From: Eledone cirrhosa
Taxonomy: Eukaryota
DNA length: 64,000 nt
Reading direction: 5' to 3'
NCBI GenBank assembly: GCA_964016885.1
Contig: OZ024743.1
Location: forward strand, 179,800,001 to 179,864,000
Both the position numbers and the translations under genes were made by a program. The notes below the pieces were generated by a model. It did not search any database, had not been told where the DNA came from, and was given only the letters and a program-made list of their open reading frames with translations. Below are positions 28,585 to 45,150 of the stretch, piece by piece. The number at the start of each line of letters is the position of its first letter. Positions within the stretch are counted from its first letter, which is position 1.

Positions 28585-28989
28585 GAGTCATTCTATAAAT
28601 AAAAGGTAACTAGAAATAAACCAGGAAATGTCGTTATACGGTGAAGAAATCCTTAGTAGTTAATCATGATTATTACTTTAATTTTACAGCATACTAACGG
28701 TGAAACATTTCCCTTTAATTATGACATCTTCAGTGAGGCAGAGTCTTTACTATTGTTGGAAGTATAGCCATGATACTATTACTAAATAAATCTAAAAGGA
28801 AAGACATAGATTGGTGTAGTTATAGAATTGCTTTCAGAAGAAATAATCTAGAGAAGTCTTCTATATGAAGAATACTTAGTTATTAGCATAATGAATGCAA
28901 AGAGTAATACAAATAGCTATCGAGAAATAAACATACATACATACATACATACATACATACATACATACATACATACATACATACATACA

Positions 28990-29602
28990 TGGTGGCTGCC
29001 AACTCGTTTTCGAGTACGGCCACTACTTTATATCCATGTAGGAGAACCCCTACTGATGCGCTGAACGAGTGTGACTTTTTAGTCCAGCCAGCGACTTGAA
29101 AACTCTGGTACAAACACTACACTTGTGACAATTATTGACACATAGTGCTGGGCCCATTGTACCCTGTGATGACAAGTGCAGAGAGATCTCCAGATATAAA
29201 CCAATGCCTGTGCCGTGAAGCTTTTATAGTGAGCAAAGGCGCTGCACAAAGCCAGTCCCACTCTCTTAACCAAGATGATATTTACCAAAAAGAAGAACAA
29301 GTCAACATCATTGGATACCATCAAGGTTGCAGGTGTTATATCAGAGTTTTCCTTCTCCTAGAATTCTGCCTTGACAAAGGCTAAGGGGTCATCTCTCCCG
29401 GTGATTTTGGATGGCCATTGACTCTTAAGAGCTCCTTTGCCCTTTGACAGGTTTTGTTTTTAGTCCTGCAGGATGTCCAAAGTCACCCTCCTCACCAAGA
29501 AACCTTGGTGGGGTTGCCAGTTTAGTCGCCAACGACCCGACCATGAGACAGGTTGTACTGGGATACATGTTACCAGTAGCACCAACTGGTGACCTGACAT
29601 AA
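28990..29602 (-). mobile_element. Full-length family X1 element (about 610 bp)
   Basis: Bounded by (CATA)n on both sides and homologous to the other X1 and X2 copies. Confidence 0.8.
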
Positions 29603-29624
29603 CATACATACATACATACATACA

Positions 29625-29653
<29 letters not shown>

Positions 29654-29655
<2 letters not shown>

Positions 29656-30131
29656 TAGTGAAAAGGAGAATATTTATGCAGAACTGATGAGAAATCTGCA
29701 GATACTCCACCCTGATTACACCTTCAGATTTATGCCTGTGATTATTGGGGCACTGGGATATGTTAGTAACTGCCTCAATACAAATCTTGAGAAGCTAGGC
29801 TTCACAGGAACAGAAAAAACACAACTAGTTAGGAAACTACAAGTACAATCCATTAATGGAACAGTAAAAATATGTAAAACATTCCAAAAATTTTGCATCT
29901 AATAACTGCATATACACATGTACAGATACAAAGCATATACACATGCACACATACAACTCAAAATATACACATCCACACATACAATAACATCCATATCTAC
30001 ACATGCATGCATACATACATAACTACCTAGTTAATGTTGTGTAAATTCCAATGAGAGAAGTCTTGTGTCTATGTTAGAAACCGACTCTCTCTCTATTGGT
30101 AAAACTTTGTGAAATTATAAAACCATAAGAA
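29654..30131 (+). mobile_element. R4 family A 3' fragment
   Basis: Matches 4981-5442. Confidence 0.9.
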
Positions 30132-30242
30132 CATACACACATACATACATACATACATACATACATATGTATATATACAAGCTTACCTACTATGCATATT
30201 CAATCAATCTGAATGACACATGCACCCATACACACATATCTG

Positions 30243-30301
<59 letters not shown>

Positions 30302-30387
30302 ATCTGTATGTATATATATAAATATATATTTATATATATAGTACATGTATACATGTGTAAACAACCATACATACATATATACATACA

Positions 30388-30688
30388 TAGGAAATTACAA
30401 GTACAATCCATTAATGGAACAGTAAAAATATGTAAAACATTCCAAAAGTTTTGCATCTAATAACTGCATATACACATGAACAGATACAAAGCATATACAC
30501 ATGCACACATACAACTCAAAACATACACATCCACACATACAATAACATCCATACCTGCACATGCAGACATGCATACATATTTACCTAGTTAATGTTGTGT
30601 AAATTCCAATGAGAGAGTCTTGTGTCTATGTTAGAAACCGACTCTCTCTCTATTGGTAAAACTTTGTGAAATTATAAAACCAGAAGAA
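30388..30688 (+). mobile_element. R4 family A 3' fragment
   Basis: RKLQVQSINGTVKICKTFQKFCI followed by the 3' UTR ending CCAGAAGAA(CATA)n. Confidence 0.9.
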
Positions 30689-30794
30689 CATACATACATA
30701 CATACCTACATACATACATACATACATACATACATACATACATACATACATACATACATACATACATACATACATACATACATACATACATACA

Positions 30795-31196
30795 TGGGAC
30801 CACACATTGAAAACGTGTTCTGTTGTGGAGATCAGCTGCCCACTTGATGTAAACGTTGTCAGAAAAATACAGGAGAAGGAGGACATCTACGGACCATTGA
30901 TGAGGAGCTTACAAATCCAGTATCCAAGATACACCTTTAGCTTCATACCCATCATTATTGGTGCTACGGGTTATATACCAACCCGCTTGGACCAAAGTAT
31001 GACCGAACTTGGATTTGCGGACAAAAAGCGCAGCTCCCTAATTCATAGTCTACAAATGGCTGCGATAGCTGGCACCTTCAAAATATGCAAAACATTCTTG
31101 CGATTCAAGGGATGACAATTTCTTTTCTTTTACAACCTTGCCACCAGGAAGGTGGCCGGTCAAAAAAATATACTCGAAATTAAGAGAAAGAGAAAA
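30795..31196 (+). mobile_element. R4 family B 3' fragment
   Basis: Matches 9269-9670. Confidence 0.9.
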
Positions 31197-31218
31197 CATA
31201 TACATACATACATACATA

Positions 31219-34200
31219 ACAGTCAACGCGATCATTCGGATATTTTGGCGTGGGAGACTATTTATTAAATTTAAGATGAATACTATCTCCGACAGTAATG
31301 CCACAACTACAGCCAGGTTGAATAACTGGTTATTCTTCTAACTATCCCTTCTGAAGACACATTTTATTCGAATCCGACTAAATACATAATTCATTTTACA
31401 AGGATTTGCTAAAAACAGCATGGCTGAACACAACATCGACAAAATAATTAAGGAAGTATCGAAGACAAATAACAAAGAAGGTAATCAAACTTTATTCCGT
31501 TGTAGCTACAGAAGAAACCCAAATTATAAATCGCATTTCTCTTGGAGTTGCGAACTTAATAATGATTTATTTAATTGTTATAAAATGGCAAAAAACAATC
31601 CCTCTATTGGCTATATGAATAGAATGAAGCTACACTGGGACAAAATGCACCCAGAGCTTAATTATTTCACAGCGAAACAATTACGCCAACAAGCGACGTT
31701 TGTTGAACGTAAAAATAAGATAAATATTATTAATTGTAAGTCCCCCACAACAAACATGGAATCAACAACACGTGCTACAGATCGCCATGCTGCTAGACTT
31801 CCTAACAGCCAGGTTGAACAGCGCCTTGAAACAACTATGCCTGTAAGAAATTTGACACCACCTGTACCATCTAATTCTACCTCGAATGCTGGAGAAAACA
31901 CTATCGATAATAATAATAATCGAAGAAATAATAATAATAATCGAATAAATGTGACACCACGTATACCATCCGAGTCTACCTCGACTGTTGTTGAAAATAC
32001 TATCGATAATGATAATCAAAAGTATAAACAATTGAAAATTTCCCTCAACGAAATCTTCCAGAGAGAAATTAACTCATGTATAAATATCTCTCTGGCTAAA
32101 TGTGTTAAAATGACAATGGTGAATAAAAAACCAAATAATGAAATACTAAGTGTTATTGACGAAATAGGGGATGAATATTTACGACGGATAAAAACCCCAA
32201 CATTTTGGCAAATCAACGCCTGTTTATATGCCTTAGCAATGACTATGAAGCATTATCTTGGTGATAGCAGAGATATTAACAAGAACAAAACACCACCAAA
32301 AATACCATCATATATAACTAAAATAGAAAAAAAGAGTGCTGACCTACGAAAAAACATAGAACATGTGACAATGCTCCTTACATGCAAACAAACACAAAAA
32401 ACCTCACTCCTCACCAACAAAGAGTGAAAAATAAAATAGAGACGATGTTTGGTAACAGTAGAACCAGAACTCTCCAATATAAGCTGATCACCCTCAAACA
32501 AGAATTGAGAGCTCTTAGCGAAAAACGCCGATACCTGAAGAAGGTAGATGAGAGAAAAATGCTTAATAAAAGATTCAGACGAAACCAAACATCAGGCTAT
32601 AGAGATATGAAGGGCAAAATAATAAGTGTCACTGAGGCCCCATCCCAGAAAGACATAGATTCTTTTTGGAGAAAAATATGGGGTTAAAAGAAGAATTTCA
32701 ACCAAGATGCAGTGTGGCTGAGAGAAATCCTAAAGAACTATTGTTCCTACACTAGAACAAAAACATACGAAATAAGTGAGGGTACCCTTGAGACTGTGAT
32801 AGGAAAACTCCAAGATAAGAAAACACCAGGAAGAGACATAATTGTCGGCTACTGGTGCAGAAAACTAATATTCTATCCGAGGTATCTTACTGACCTCTAC
32901 AACAAGTTCTTAAGGGAGATACACTTATACCAGAATGGTTGACATTAACATAAACGTTACTGGTCCCCAAGAACAAAGACACCAACTTGGCAAAAAACTA
33001 CCGACCCATTGCATGCCAGAACCTGATGTATAGGATGTATACAGCCTGCCAAAACCTATTCCTCCAAGATCACTGTGAAAATAATAACATTATCACAGAT
33101 GAACAAGCAGCAGGAAAGAAAAGGGTTTGGGGATGTGCTGAACAACTCCTAATCAACAAAACTGCGATGTCAGAGGTGCGACAACTTAGGAGGAATATGA
33201 CTACAGTCTGGCTGGACTACAAGAGAGCTTTCGATTCTGTTCCCCACACTTGGATGATAAAGGCCCTCCAACTTGCTAAAGTCCCAGACATTATTGTCAG
33301 AGCCATAGAGAGGCTGTCTTCTTCTTGGGCTACTATCCTAAGGTTAAAGACAGAGAGGGAGGACTGTTTTCACTGATAAAATAAAATATTGCAGGGGTAT
33401 ATTTCAGGGGGACTGTCTCTCTGTGATATTGTTCATCTTGTCATTAAACCCCTTGTCCTTTCTGCTCAAGAAATGTGAGGGATACATCATTGGCTCACAG
33501 GAGGACAGAAATACGAACCTAACCCATAACTTCTTTGTGGACGATCTGAAACTCTATGCCAAGACTATGGATGGGATGAAGAAAAATCTTGACCTGGTTA
33601 CAACGTTCTCAAAGGATATAGGAATGGAGTTTGGCCAAGATAAATGCTCATACATGACTGTAAAGCGGGGAAAAACAACAACCCAATCTAGCAACATTGT
33701 CATCAATGGTCTAACTGTTTCACCGATATCTGATGAGGACTACTACAGATACCTGGGGATAGATGAGAACATATCCTATAATGGTATCTGTAATAAAGAA
33801 CGCGTAATCTTGGAATACTGCACCCGATTAAGAAAGATCTGGTCATCGGAACTCTCTGCGCAAAACAAAACAGTGGCTCACAATGTGTTTGCTGTGCCGG
33901 TCCTAACACCTAACACCAACGTTTGGAATACTCAATTGGACGATAGACGAAATCCGAGCAGTTGATGTTGGAACTCGAAAAATACTGAACAACACCGGAA
34001 CTTCCCCATCAACAGTGACATAGACCGCCTTTACTTGAAACGTAATCAGGGAGGCAGAGGCCTAACATCAGTCCAGACAACATTTGAATGTCGCATCATA
34101 TCTCTCCGACAACATCTACGAACCTCGAAGCGTAGTATCTCAGCAGTATGTCAGCAGGAGCTCAGCAGGGATGTCGCTCAGCAGTATCGCAGTGAATCCA

Positions 34201-35233
34201 TGGATGAAAAACTGCATGCCTATCAGCCAAAAAATGATGCATGGATATGTTGCCAGGAAGCTTCAGAGTGAGAGTAATATAGATAAGGAAAGTAGTCTAT
34301 CTTGGACCAACAACCGTTATATTGGCTCCCACATTGAAGGATATGCTTTTGCAATCCAGGAACAGGAGATTAGCACGAAATACCTGATTCACAAAAGAGA
34401 TAGGGATGCAGGCAAAACACCTAGATGTGATAACAAGTGCAGAATCTGCAGAACTAAAATCGAGGATATCACCCCTGTCATTAGCAGCTGTCCAAAGATG
34501 TCATCGTGGTACTATCTACCTATGAGGCATGATGTAGTGGCCAATACACTGTATAATGCAGTTCGTAGAAAAGATAGCCCCGATAATAAACACATTAAAA
34601 GCTACAACAATGTGGAAGATATCCATGTACATAATATGAAAGTGTACTGGTAGAATGTTCCAGTAAAAACCCCAATAAAAAGTAGGCATAACAGACCAGA
34701 TATTATGATATGGGACAGATAGAAGAAAACATGCACAGTAGATGCCAATATAATATCAAAGATTAGTAAAAAGGAGAATATTTATGCAGAACTGGTGAGA
34801 AATCAGCAGATATTCCAGCCTGATTACACCTTCAGATTTATGCCTGTGATTATTGGGGCACTGGGATATGTTAGTAACTGCCTCAATACAAATCTTGAGA
34901 AGCTAGGCTTCACAGGAACAGAAAGAACACAACTAGTTAGGAAACTACAAGTACAATCCATTAATGGAACAGTAAAAATATGTAAAACATTCCAAAGATT
35001 TTGCATCTAATAACTCCATATACACATGTACAGATACAAAGCATATACACATGCACACATATAACACAAAACATACACATCTACACATACACTAACATCC
35101 ATATCTACACATGCAAGATACATATCTACCTAGTTGATGTTGTGTAAATTCCAATGAGAGAGTCTTGTGTCTATGTTAGAAACCGACTCTCTCTCTATTG
35201 GTAAAACTTTGTGAAATTATAAAACCAGAAGAA
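31219..35233 (+). mobile_element. R4 family A, full-length but frameshifted
   Basis: 5' UTR, N-terminal ORF 31420-32427 (WSCELN..L..CY motif also seen in families B and C), RT, CCHC and RLE fragments, CATA flanks. Confidence 0.92.
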
Positions 35234-35299
35234 CATACATACATATATGTATATATTTATATTGTACATATGACATATCTTTATAATATATATAATTGT

Positions 35300-35473
35300 T
35301 TTTACTTTTGGCACAAGGTCACCATTTATACCAGTGCATTACTGTTACTTTATGTTATCGACCCCGTAAGGATGAAAGGCAAATTTAACCTCGGTGGGAA
35401 TTGAACTCAGATCATAAAGGGCCATGCTTTGCAACATGGCGTCCGACCTACTACTGATACTGTCAATCCACCT
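35300..35473 (-). mobile_element. SINE S1
   Basis: Head, B-box, core and tail present. Flanked by a direct duplication of atatatttatattgtacatatgacatatctttataatatataa (35251-35295 / 35521-35565). Confidence 0.7.
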
Positions 35474-35617
35474 CCCTCTCAAATTTAATATATATAATAT
35501 ATAAATACACAAATATATGTATATATTTATATTGTACATATGACATATCTTTATAATATATATAACTCGTGGCCCGTCCGGCTTGCACCCGACTAAATTT
35601 GGCGTGTTCTACGGCAT

Positions 35618-35664
<47 letters not shown>

Positions 35665-35671
<7 letters not shown>

Positions 35672-36018
35672 GTGAGGTATTTTTTACAAAATGAAAAATA
35701 ACCGAGGTGTCCTACACGAGTGAAAGTATAAAGAAAAAGAGATGAAATCGAAAATGCAACTGGAGTCTTATTTTGTTAAAAAATATATATATTTATTTGG
35801 TTCCTTTACCGGTTTCGCAGTTCTGCTTTTCAAAAGGTGAGTTGAGATGGAGGGTCTGTGGTTTTTCTAACATCTGTGTGAGAAAAACCACAGACCCTCC
35901 ATCTCATCTCACCTTTTGAAAAGCAGATGAACTGCGAAACCGGTAAAGGAACCAAATAAATATATATATTTAAAAAAAAAATAAGACCCCAGTTGCATTT
36001 TCGATTTCATCTCTTTTT

Positions 36019-36024
<6 letters not shown>
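35665..36024. mobile_element. Penelope-like fold-back with U3:A8 hammerhead motifs in both arms (35803-35837 minus, 35912-35949 plus)
   Basis: Arms about 35727-35868 / 35881-36024, left tail 35665-35726, (TA)n flanks. Confidence 0.8.
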
Positions 36025-37028
<1,004 letters not shown>

Positions 37029-37119
37029 TATATAGCTGACGTAGCTAGCTCCGCTTGGATAAGCAGACGATAAGCCGTCTGTGTTGTATAGTGTTACTAT
37101 TGAAAATATATAGTATAAT

Positions 37120-37285
37120 AGTAGCAGAATGGCATGGCGTTGCTCGGGATTTGCTCTAGGATTCTTATATATTTTATATATATTTATCCTTATCGAGACT
37201 CGTGAAATAAATACATTTGTTTATATTTTGTTATTGCGTATGCAAAAATATCTGTATACGAATATATAATTATATGTATATATAC

Positions 37286-37322
<37 letters not shown>

Positions 37323-37927
37323 AAGTGAGTCCTTCATCAGTGACCCTCCAACCGTCCTCGGCATTTCATCGCTTTAAGGGCCATATGCCTCAGGTTGGTG
37401 CGAACAACGGCTAAAAAAAGTCGTTGGGACACGTAAACAAAGGGGACGCTAGAATAACAACAAAAAAGTTTAAGCAACGGAAAGTAAGTAGAAATAGACA
37501 AGTCCCAGATCTCTATGAATATAAACTCTGTGAAATCGTGAACAAGAGACAAAAGACCATCAAATCTGGTTGAAATGTGAGCAAGGAAAGAATTTCGCCC
37601 AAGTTTGACGGGGGGGGGGAAGAGAGAGAGAAAGGAGAGAAGAGGAAGAAGAAGAAGAAGAAGAAGAAGAAGAAGAAGAAGAAGAAGAAGAAGAAGAAGA
37701 AGAAGATAAAGGGGTCTGGTCTACGAATTCGGTAAACGCAAGTTTTGTGAAGTCGCAGACGAAAGAGAGAGAGAAAAAAATTCCATACCAGCTCGGTCGA
37801 GACCGCGCGAGAAAAGAATTACACACAGGTCAAACTTGAAGGAGGAGGAGGAAAGAGGAGGGGGAGAGGTAGTGACAGAGAATGAGTGAGTGAAAGTTGA
37901 GGAGAAGGCTAACAGAGAGAGAGACTG

Positions 37928-37988
<61 letters not shown>

Positions 37989-38101
37989 TAACAGATTAAA
38001 GTTTAAGCAAAGAATCGGTGCTTTCTCCCTTAACGGGATCTTCTGAAACTAAAAAAATCAATCTGTGAACGCAGAAGTAAATATTTCGAAAAACGTTGCA
38101 C

Positions 38102-38134
<33 letters not shown>

Positions 38135-38459
38135 TATATATATACATATATATACACACACACACACACAGATAGCGTCATAATGTCGTAATGCAGACAG
38201 CCAGACATACAGACAGATATTATAAGGGCGCGACGTCGTAGCTATGTATCTATCTAAACAGACAGATTAAGGAAAGTCAGAGATATCGTAGATAGCATAA
38301 TGTGGTCCCTAGGGCATTGAAAATTTGAAATATCTTTTGCTCAAAACACTCACACGACCATAAGTATTACAAGTGTAATGTTTGAAAACAATCGGTTGGG
38401 TGGTTCTCGAGTTTTAAGGAGTCAGACTGACAGACATTCTCTGTTTTAGATATATAGAT
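37120..38459 (+). mobile_element. Helentron/HINE-like non-autonomous element with internal microsatellites
   Basis: 5' end AGTAGCAGAATGGCATGGCGTTGCTCGGGAT (reverse copy at about 20395-20433) and 3' end ..GACAGACATTCTCTGTTTTAGATATATAGAT. Internal blocks are shared with 19950-20560. Confidence 0.55.
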
Positions 38460-38885
38460 TACTGTTGAAAATATATGGTATGGTAGTCCTATTGAAAATA
38501 TATAGTACAGTATTACTGTTGAAAATATATGGTATAGTATTCCTATTGAAAATATATAGTACAGTATTACTGTTGAAAATATATAGTATAGTATTACTGT
38601 TGAAAATATATAGTACAGTATTACTGTTGAAAATATATAGTATAGTATTTCTGTTGAAAATATATAGTATAATACAGTAATACTGTTGAAAATATATAGT
38701 ATAGTATTACTGCTGAAAATATGTAGTACAGTATTACTGTTGAAAATATATAGTATAGTACTACTGTTGAAAATATATAGTACAGTATTACTGTTGAAAA
38801 TATATAGTACAGTATTACTGTTGAAAATATATAGTATAGTACTACTGTTGAAAATATATAGTACAGTATTACTGTTGAAAATATG
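38460..38885. repeat. 27-bp minisatellite, about 16 units
   Basis: Unit gtattactgttgaaaatatatagta(c/t)a, which translates as a 9-aa LLLKIYS(T/I)V repeat. Confidence 0.92.
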
Positions 38886-38897
38886 TACACGAATATA

Positions 38898-38942
<45 letters not shown>

Positions 38943-39505
38943 TTAAAAGTTGGTTAGAAGCGAAGTGACTGCAGACAGACAGACATATAGACATATAATA
39001 AACGCGCGACCTTATAGCTCTGTATCTATCTAAAAAGGCAGAGTAAGAATGAGAGAAGAATGTCGTATTATATATATTATATATAATAAAGTACCAGTAA
39101 TGTAGTCCGCTTTATTAATATAGATAGAGATTGACAATATACACAGAAATTTAATCCATAATATATTTAAAAAAAGACGATATTATATATAAACTGCAAA
39201 ATATATGAATGCTTATTTAAGCGATCGCTAACCGGAAGTGTTGACATTTGAAAATGTTGAAGAAGTGAATCCTTAGATAAATAAAAAAATATCTTTAAAC
39301 AATAATAAGGAAATTTAGTAGACAAAATTACGCTCACTTTCTTTCTTGGAGAAAGTTACATCTATGGTGCAAATTTGGTGCTGTTTGGTCCAGCCGTTTT
39401 GCCAAAATGTGTTAGGATTATTAATATAGATGTAGGTATGTACGTATGTGTCTGATAACCTCTTGTGAGTACACATACAAACGTGGCCTTCATAATGTAT
39501 ATGTA

Positions 39506-39641
<136 letters not shown>

Positions 39642-39794
39642 TTTTGTGTATATGTTGGTTGTTTATCGACACCTCAGTATGCAGATTGGAGCATTCGACG
39701 AAGTACGCAGGTTGGTTTGTTTACTCCGGAATAATGTAAAATAATTAAGTCAAATATGTAAAATTTGGCTTCGTTTATTACAAATTATAGATAT

Positions 39795-39846
39795 ACTGCT
39801 ATATATATTTCGGTGACAGCCATTGGCTGTGACCTCTTCAGGCAGT
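39795..39846 (-). ncRNA. Minimal type I hammerhead ribozyme motif
   Basis: ACTGC-CTGAAGA-GGTCACAGCC(AAT)GGCTGTCACC-GAAA-TATATA-TA-GCAGT. Lies in a pLTR-like segment (39640-40002) that ends in a hairpin at 39930-40002. Confidence 0.82.
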
Positions 39847-40237
39847 CGGAATTGAGTGGGGAAGACAGGTATTCATGTTGTTGAAGTGTGTTTCACTCCG
39901 TCAATCCATCGATATGTCCAGCTCCTGGTAGTGTTATTATTTCTCTTAGGAACTGGAATCATTGATATGATTCCAGTTCCCAAGAGGAGAAATAACAACA
40001 CTTTCCATATAGTATTTTTAGAATAAGAAAATGCGAAATAGTTTCAGATGTTAAAGTCCTTTAATGATAATGCTGTGATACATATTTCAATGACGACAAT
40101 GGCCACACGATTCCGTCTACCCAGTGCCGTGACATCCTCAGACAGCTTTTTAGATAATAAGGTTACGTTCCCGAGGCAACCCAAATTGAATCGACAAGGG
40201 AACGGACAAAGCGGATGTTCGTGAACCCTCGGCCGCT

Positions 40238-40283
<46 letters not shown>

Positions 40284-40286
<3 letters not shown>

Positions 40287-41200
40287 AAAATGTTTGACCC
40301 CGACAGTAGAGCTCAAGCCGTTTCAACGGCTATTTCTGGAGTCCAGAAGTAGCCGTCGAAACGGCTTGAGCTCTGCCGTCGGGATCAAACATTTTCCTTT
40401 CCTTCCCTCCTTCTTCCGTTTTCCCAATAACTTATCCAGTTATTGACGCCCTGGGGTGAGGAATATTGTCTTTAAAGCGTAGAAATATCCAACACCCCCA
40501 GTAGACAGCTGATGAGGAAACCTCCGCCCTCCCCCAACCCCACCCTTGTTGTTTCTTTCTTCGTATTCCCACTGCATTTTAAGTTACCTTAAATAGCAAC
40601 TACACAGTCATTTCTATTCTCCATATATTTCATCATGTTTTTCGCTGTGACCATTCTTCTCTACCCTTCTACCTACCTATTTCGCCACTTTCTACTTTCA
40701 CCCCTGTTTCTTCCCCTCACTTTCTCCCTATCTACTCTTACCCGACTTTCTTCCTCTCCCTTTCTCACTCTCACTTTCACCTCCTCGCCTGACCGTTTAG
40801 CTGTTCTCTTCTCACTTACAACTGCGGCGACCGGACGTGTGTCTCTTTCCTCTCGACCACTCAGTCTTGAACTTAAGTTCTCTTATTGAGTGGTCTTGGA
40901 TTTCCAACCTATAGTTGCTCGCATATTGCTCGTTTTGTTGTTACTTTTTCGCTTTTTTGTTACTGTTTTCTCTTTTTTTCCCCTTTGATTTCCTTCCCTC
41001 CTTCCTTCGTTTTCCCAATAACCTATCCAGCTATTGACGTCCTGGGGTGAGGTATCTTGTCTCTAGAGCGTAGAAATATCCGAGACCCCCAGTAGACAAC
41101 TGATGAGGAAAACTACCCTCTCTGGTTCTTGCTTTTTTCGTATTCCTACTGCATTTTAAGTTACCTTAAATAGCAACTACACAGCCATTTCTATTCTCTC
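40284..41200 (+). mobile_element. Fold-back head (40284-40397) plus tandem direct repeats (40397-40620 / 40990-41200), Penelope-pLTR-like
   Basis: Imperfect palindrome ggaaaatgtttgacccc...gggatcaaacattttcc, and a ~220-bp direct repeat containing CTGATGAGGAAA. Confidence 0.6.
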
Positions 41201-41208
41201 TCTCTCTC

Positions 41209-41271
<63 letters not shown>

Positions 41272-41342
41272 TCAAAATATACATACTTATATATATACAC
41301 ACATATATACATATATATATATATATACATACATACATATAT

Positions 41343-41373
<31 letters not shown>

Positions 41374-41800
41374 CATACATACTCACTACATACATATATA
41401 CACACATATATACGTATATACATATACCTATACATACATATATACACACATATATTCGTATATACATATACACATACATATATATGCGTGTATTGTGCAT
41501 GCATATATATTATTTTACTTCAGTTTATTGACAATTTTTCAATTATGTCTGTTACTCATATCATAAGACATCCTACTAGAAATCTTCAGGTGATATTTAA
41601 AAGCAGGAATCATTTTAACAAATGACACTGTGAAACAGAAAAAAACATTTCTTTAAAAGGCCATTTGCAGATCACCAACTGATGTGAAACTGGATAATGT
41701 TAATCATGGAAGAATAGCGAGAGCAAGACTGTATTTATTATGTAAAATATATATACAAATATACATACATATATGTATACAGCTATGTCGGAGCAAACAG

Positions 41801-41841
<41 letters not shown>

Positions 41842-41910
41842 CACACGCACACCCACAGACACAAAGACACACACTCACACACACACACATACATACACAC
41901 ACACACACAG

Positions 41911-43708
<1,798 letters not shown>

Positions 43709-43740
43709 TATATATATTATAAATATATATATATATATAT

Positions 43741-43785
<45 letters not shown>

Positions 43786-43822
43786 TATATATATAAATAT
43801 ATATATATATAAAAATATATAT

Positions 43823-43967
<145 letters not shown>

Positions 43968-43989
43968 AATATTTCGTTTCATTTTTTCC

Positions 43990-44024
<35 letters not shown>

Positions 44025-44029
<5 letters not shown>

Positions 44030-44199
44030 CGAAGGAAATGTGGTAAGGAACCAGGTGGACCGCACCAAAGTACTCAATACTTGTGGTAGTAGAGTGGGTA
44101 ATAGGAACCAGTTTCGACGGCTAATTCTGGACTAAATGAACTTAATCCAGAATTAGCCGTCGAAACGGCTTGAGCTCAGCCGTCGGGGTCTTACTGGTT

Positions 44200-44261
<62 letters not shown>

Positions 44262-44450
44262 AACGAGTAGGACCCCGACGGCTGAGCTCAAGCCGTATCA
44301 ACGGCTAATTCAGTCCAGAATTAGCCATCGAAACGGCTTGAGCTCAGCCGTCGAGGTCCTACTCGTTCGTATTACCCACTCTACTACCCTAAGTATTGAG
44401 TACTTTGGTGCGTGATGGTCCACCTGGTTCCTTACCACATTTCCTTCGTT

Positions 44451-44452
<2 letters not shown>
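44025..44452. repeat. Nested double fold-back around an internal (TA)n
   Basis: The outer ends are inverted (taacgaaggaaatgtggtaagg / ccttaccacatttccttcgtta) and each half is itself a hairpin. Confidence 0.85.
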
Positions 44453-44525
<73 letters not shown>

Positions 44526-44894
44526 CTATCATATAAAAGCAAAACCATATAAAAGCATGATAAAGAATTGGAACATTTCAGGATTCAAATTTCGGCCACA
44601 ACACTTTCAGTGAGAAATCATTAAATTTAAAATTAATAAATAATTAATATTACTATGGAAGATTACTCAGTGCTGTAAAGTATAAGTATAAAGTATGGTA
44701 TAAAGTATACCACGCAGGCTTCTCGTCAATTTGAAGACGGCAATCTATCGAAATATAGGTTCTTCTCCAATAGATTTGTGGTCGAACCTTTAGCCATAGA
44801 GGATTCCGGCGTTTTTGCTCTCGGATCACATCCCTACTCAGTAATACTGGAGCATTGATGGCTACCAGTATCTGCTATCAGTATGTATAAATAG

Positions 44895-45150
44895 GAAAGG
44901 AAAGGCACTCCGTTGGTTACGACGACGATTGTTTCAATTGATCCGATCAACAAACAGCCTGTTCGAGAAATTAAGGTGCAAGTGGGTGAGCATTCCACAG
45001 ACACGGGTACCCTTAACGTGACAAGGCCGGCCCTTCGAATTACAGGTACAACTCATTTGTGCCAGATGAGTGGACTGGCGTAACGTGAAATAAAGTGTCT
45101 TGCTCGAGGACATAACGCACCGCTCGGAAAGAAACTCACGACTTAATGGC
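44895..45150 (-). mobile_element. SINE family S2, head eroded
   Basis: Shares aacgtgaaa.aaagtgtcttgc.c.aggacataacgca with 47570-47688. Confidence 0.6.

Noticed and set aside
38460-38885. Regular 27-bp repeats as a CRISPR array or repeat protein
   Set aside because: The units are contiguous with no unique spacers, there are no cas genes and the context is eukaryotic. It is a minisatellite.
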